NCBI GenBank assembly: GCA_951406725.2 | Contig: OX597820.1 | Coordinates: 50,220,001 to 50,284,000, forward strand | From: Octopus vulgaris | Taxonomy: Eukaryota | Length of the DNA stretch: 64,000 nt | Direction of reading: 5' to 3' | In this document: positions 57,757 through 64,000 of the stretch, in pieces | Numbering within the stretch: position 1 is the first letter of the stretch | How the letters are laid out: each line of letters begins with the position of its first letter | Position numbers and translations under genes: made by a program | Notes under the pieces: model-generated | What the model saw: the letters and a program-made list of their open reading frames with translations, nothing else | Told to the model about the DNA's origin: nothing | Database searches by the model: none

Positions 57757-57925
57757 AATTGAGGACTGAACACGAAAAGTGGACAGTCAACATGCTAGAT
57801 ATAGACGTCAAATCGTCATTCTCCACAAAAGATTATGTTCTCAAATCAAACTCGGATTCTTTTTAATATGCTATACCACTGGTTTTAATTGATAAATATT
57901 GATTTCTACCCTTAATTAATTTTAT
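57753..57925. repeat. Family A mini-insertion with inversion, in (TA)n
   Basis: 57753-57853 matches 9386-9486 directly. 57852-57925 is the reverse complement of 9295-9366. Confidence 0.9.
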
Positions 57926-57937
57926 TATATATATATA

Positions 57938-58002
<65 letters not shown>

Positions 58003-58515
58003 GAGAGAGTGGGTAACAGAGAGAGGGATAGAGATAGACGAAGGAAGAGAGGAAGGTAAAGAAGAGTGTTAAGAAGAGAGAGAGAACGAGAGAGATTATA
58101 CAGATGTAGATACATGTCTCTGTGTGTGTATGTATGTATTTACATTGAAGTTTGTTAGGAAAACATCAGATATATATCTCAATACATGAGTATCGTGCAT
58201 GACAATTATGAAAGTAAGTTCGAATGTGTAAGTTGCTTCCTGTATAGAAGTCTTAGTGGAATTCTCTATTGAACATTACTCTTGGAGGGTAGCCTAAAAA
58301 ATGGGAATGTTTTCGGAAAGTCTTACATGTTAAACGGATATAAGTCTTTGGAGAAGATATAATGCAATGAAAAAATAAATACACACATCCGTACACATCC
58401 TTATTTCCATACGTACAACATCATCTCACCCTCTCTCTCACTCTCTCTCTTGCTCTCTCTCTCTCTCTCTGTCTATCTATCAATATATCTATCAATCCAT
58501 ATCTGTATGTCTGTA

Positions 58516-58575
<60 letters not shown>

Positions 58576-59534
58576 CGCAGTCCATATCTATAGACACGTA
58601 AACATAGACATAAACAAACACACACTCATACACATTCCCACACACACATGCACACATACATATATGTATATATATATATGCATATATATATATATATATA
58701 TGCACACATATACATCGTGATATTCACTTGCTATAAGCAGCAATTTACGCATGTGTATTATGTCAATAGAAATAGAATTACGTATATATTTTCTTTCTTT
58801 ATTATATATTTATAGGTTCACACGTGTGTGTGTTCGTAGGAAATTATGTATATAATTGTATTTCTATTGACATAATACGTAATCGCAAATCGATGTTATA
58901 TGTAAACATAAATGACACGCTCTATCTGTGTGTGTGTACGTGTGTGCATATGTGTGTGTGCGTGTGTGCGAGTGTATTTCATGGGTATGTGCACGTAAAA
59001 ATAAGCATATGTATATGTGGATGACTGCATTTTATCTCCTTCCAAACTTTTTTCTATTTAACTGACAGACTATTTGGAGAGTGCGCATTTTCATGTGATC
59101 CGCCAATGTTACTTTCTAATCAAATATTCCGGAAGTATTTGCAATACAGTCTATATAAAAAAATCGAGATTATATATTTGATGTCAGATAAATGCCATTG
59201 AGGAAACTCTCAGTCTTTGAACCATATTTTGCCTATTAAAAATTACAAGATCCACTTATATATACACACATATATATTGTATGTATGTATGCTATGCGTA
59301 TTTCAAAATATATAGCACATAAACTATATTACGCATCGTTCAAACATTGTCTGGCATAGAGCTCATTTAGTAGAATGGATAGATATATTTATCATATATC
59401 AAAAGTGTTGATAGTCTAGTTTGAGTTTAACTTTTAACTGTTCACATTAGTTTACGATTCTCACAGACGGAAAGAGACAAGCAGGAAACTACGAGTAAAC
59501 AGTGATATATATATATACATAAACACGTACATGC

Positions 59535-59613
<79 letters not shown>

Positions 59614-59663
59614 TGTATGCATGTATATATATATATATATATATATAAGATAGATAGATATCC

Positions 59664-59717
<54 letters not shown>

Positions 59718-60599
59718 GTACACACATACACTCATAGACATATTTATAGTCATAGAGTTTCAATTCAGTTCACCCTTGGTTCGCTTAGGATACGTGATAT
59801 TAATAGGACAAAAACAAAAAAAAATAAATGAGATTAAGGTAGAGTTGTCTTGCATGTCTAGAACACTCACGTGTTTCAACGCCCAGTGAGTGCTTCGAGA
59901 GAGACATCCACACTGCGCAAAAATCAGCGTATCGACTAACAAGCAAACACATACATTGAGTATGTGCGATCGATACTGTTTAAAACCCTAGCGCTGCATC
60001 TGATTTATAAGTGAATTTTTACTGGGCATACGAGCAAATGTTTTTTGTTCTCTTTACACCATTTCTAGAGACTGGCGATTCACATTGTCTCCGATTCGAT
60101 TCAGTTACGTGCTGTTGATGAAAAGCGATATCCATCACAACTGAATGTGATTAGAAGCGTGTTGTCTCGGCTGTCTATGGCTTTCAGATGTTTTAACGCC
60201 ATGTACTTTGAGAGAGTCTGTTTCACTGTGCTATTCGCAGTGTAACGGTGAAGAAGCAGACATATCGAGTATGTAAGGTCAATAATGTTTACAATACTAC
60301 CATACACACACACACACAAATACACACATGCACGCACGCATACACACATACATACACATACATGCATGTGCACACTCACACATACGTATACACACCCACC
60401 CACACATACATACACATACATACACACTTGCACAAGCACACAAACACACATACACGGGCGCACACCTACATACGCATATGTATATGTGTGTTTGTGTGTA
60501 TGTTCGTGTGTTTGTGTGGGTGTGTATGTATTGACCTAATACTTGCGACCCACGACGAACATTAGGTGTAAACAATTAAACAGCGTCACTGATTCTTTC

Positions 60600-61140
60600 C
60601 TTTAGTTGTATGATCTCCGGCGATATACAGTGCTCTTCGTGTTGCAGTTTACATGTGCGTTTGTAGAACATACTGCACAATTATTCTGACACGTGATTCC
60701 ATAAAATGGTTATGATCTACTTTCTACAGATTTAATAGTCCTACCTTTTCTTCAATGCCCCACTTAATTTGTTCCTAGGTGTAGTGTCAACAAACATTAC
60801 ACTGTGAAACTTCTTGTTATACCAATTTCTATTGTCGGTGTCCATCTCCAACCTATTCCAGAACTTGTTGCGGTATAGGGGGCATATACCGTTTTCGTCA
60901 TCTCTTAGAAAGCGTTCGAATCTTGTTTTCGCTTTTTTGTACACTCTGATTCTATCGTACTACGTGTATCCGGAACGTTGCATTCGGAATATGTAGTTCT
61001 AAATGTGTTGTCGTTCTATATATTTAAAGAAAAAAAAACGTTTATAAGTCACAATTATAAACGCTTTTCTTCTTCATATTTTATGATAGCATGTTTGGCC
61101 ATTGATATATTCATAAATAATCTTTATTTATAATCTATCC
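60600..61140 (-). mobile_element. Penelope-like element ORF fragment (RT thumb, linker and Cys-rich region)
   Basis: RMQRSGY..DRIRV, GICPLYRNKFW, NWY...SVMFVDTTP and PFYGITCQNNCAVC...NCNTKSTVY. Confidence 0.7.
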
Positions 61141-61366
61141 TTCGTAATGTTTTTAAATTACTTTCTACTTATCTATATTTTCCTAACTCATATCTGATGA
61201 TGTTGTCGTGGCTACAGATTATTGGTTTTCTCACATAAAAGCTGTGCGTGGCATTTGCATTCAAATCTCGATTGTGTAGATAGAGGTGAAAACATTTCTA
61301 TTGCCGGTCGGGATTCATGCTAGCCTCAAGGTAAAGTCTTGTTTTGATTGCTATCTATAGGAATAT

Positions 61367-61428
61367 TTCCCCTGACGAGGCGAATGGGTCCCTTAAGTGG
61401 TTCCTAACGCCGAAATTGCAATAGGGAA
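61367..61428 (+). ncRNA. Type I hammerhead ribozyme motif (family E)
   Basis: TTCCC-CTGACGA-GGCG...CGCC-GAAA-TTGCAA-TA-GGGAA: perfect stems I and II, palindromic stem III and an AUA site. Confidence 0.9.
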
Positions 61429-61670
61429 TCAACCAATTATTTTCATGTTGTGGATTCTATGTCGCCCGAGGACAATGTTTATAGTGAGGAGAAATATTAA
61501 GAGTATCATGATGGCCTTATAGCGGTTTTGGCTGCTATTTTTCACATGTAAGTGTTTTTTAACCCTCTTATTTATAATTGTGACGTGTCCATAATTATAA
61601 ACCTTTTTATATATAGATAATGTACTGATCCGTGATAGAGAATTCAACAACAACAAATGTAGTCCGTCTG

Positions 61671-62593
<923 letters not shown>

Positions 62594-62664
62594 CACACAC
62601 ATACATCTATATATGTGTATATATGTATGAATATATGCATATATATATATATATATATAGATGT

Positions 62665-62880
62665 AAATGTGTGTGTCTTTGTGTTAGTGTTTGTCCACCA
62701 CCGTCGCTTGACAACTGGTGATGGGATGTTTGCATCCCCGTAAACTAAAGGTTCCACAAAAGGGAAAGATACAGTAGTTGGCAAGCTTAAAAGTACTGGA
62801 GTCGATCCGTTCGTCGAAAAATTCTTGAACGTGGTGCCCCATCATTGCCTGAGTATAATGACTGAAACAAGTTTAAGAAA
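62665..62880 (+). mobile_element. OR-like SINE 3' half
   Basis: GTGTTTGTCC..CGCTTGACAAC..GGTGCCCCATCATTGCC..ATGACTGAAACAAGT. Confidence 0.7.
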
Positions 62881-62891
62881 AAAAAGATATA

Positions 62892-63688
62892 CGAGATGTA
62901 TTAGAAAAGTACCCGATTTTATTTTTTCTTGCCAAAAGTAATGCCACGCGGCTATAATCCTTCGGGTGGAAGGTGACGCCTCACTTCCGGCAATGGAAAA
63001 AACCAAATTTACGCCCGTAGGCCGCGTCACAGTTCCAAGCTGTTAGATCTAGAGTAAAGATGGCGAAGTGTGTTCTTGACAGATTTTCGTTTTCATGCAT
63101 GATGGTCGAACGCATCGAGTAGGAAAAATAAACCCATGTCTCATCACCAGTGATGTTTGTCTCCATAAAGTCTGTGTCATGGTTTGCAGCATATCCAGTG
63201 TGATCTCCATGCAGAGTTACTTCTGCTGTCCGCGAACACCTTGGGAACGAATTTCATCGACACCCTCTGCACGAACACATCACCTTTTAAAATGGAATGC
63301 ACCGATTCAAGCTTGTTTCCACCTCGTATGATTGTTACACGTCCTCCCCGATTGTTACACGACGGTCTTCCATGACTATTCGCTGAACCTTTTCAAACGG
63401 CTCCTCATTTCGGCTTATGGATAGCCTGCTTGAGCGTGCTTCGCTCTCCACAGAGGTGTGTCCATGTTCGAAGGGGTTGTACCACTCCTTTATCTGTGTT
63501 TTGCACATGGTGTAATCGGCAAAGGCCGACTAAATCTCCTGGATTGTATAAACTTGAGTATCATCAAGCTTTTGACAAAGAATTGATGCAATATATCTGC
63601 TCGATGCGTTCAGTAAAAATGAAAATCCGACGCAGCACTTTGAACGGACCTATATTTTACCATAAGTTTTTTCCTAATAGAACGTCTT
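62892..63688 (-). mobile_element. Mariner-derived element with decayed transposase N-half and duplicated 5' end
   Basis: Minus strand reads TERIEQ.YCI, MCKTQIKEWY..GHTSVESEARS and ITGDETWVY. The left end is TA|CGAGATGTATTAGAAAA; the right end is weakly complementary. Confidence 0.75.
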
Positions 63689-64000
63689 AGAATTTTTCCA
63701 GGGTGAACTCATTATCACATGCTACATCTTGAAATTACAATGAAGTTATTATTTAAGTGCTTAACCTGCGAGAAATAATAACCAAAATTTCTCTTAAAAC
63801 CTGAAAGTCATGTTGTGTAATATAGTAGCTGAAACGCTACATATGAACAGTAAAAGGAAGGATGCATTGTTTAGTTAGTAACTTTTAATTACGTTATTCT
63901 TACATTTGAAAACAATGGTTTCAAATTCTGGTACAAGGCCAGCAAATACGGGAGATGGGGCAAGTCCACCGTCTCAGCCCCAATGTTCAAATGGTTATTA

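Overview
AT-rich, microsatellite-saturated animal DNA. The SINE families and simple-repeat load point to an octopus (coleoid cephalopod) genome; this is an inference. The window looks intronic or intergenic: I found no supportable host protein-coding gene, and nearly all listed ORFs are translations of (AT)n/(AC)n/(ATT)n/(CTT)n repeats. It is a mosaic of decayed mobile elements: several tRNA-derived SINE families, CR1-group, RTE and R4/Dong LINE fragments, Tc1 (DD37E/TRT-like), mariner and Chapaev3 DNA transposons, a non-autonomous Helitron and Penelope-like element (PLE) remnants. The main unexplained signal is a set of at least five sequence-unrelated short repeat families. They carry minimal type I hammerhead ribozyme motifs (six near-canonical copies plus decayed ones), mostly sit in (TA)n arrays, and several show partial-tandem and fold-back structures. 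One is a 360-bp ORF-less, retrozyme-like unit with a U3:A8 core variant. All calls were made by eye with no database search; ribozyme activity is predicted, not shown.
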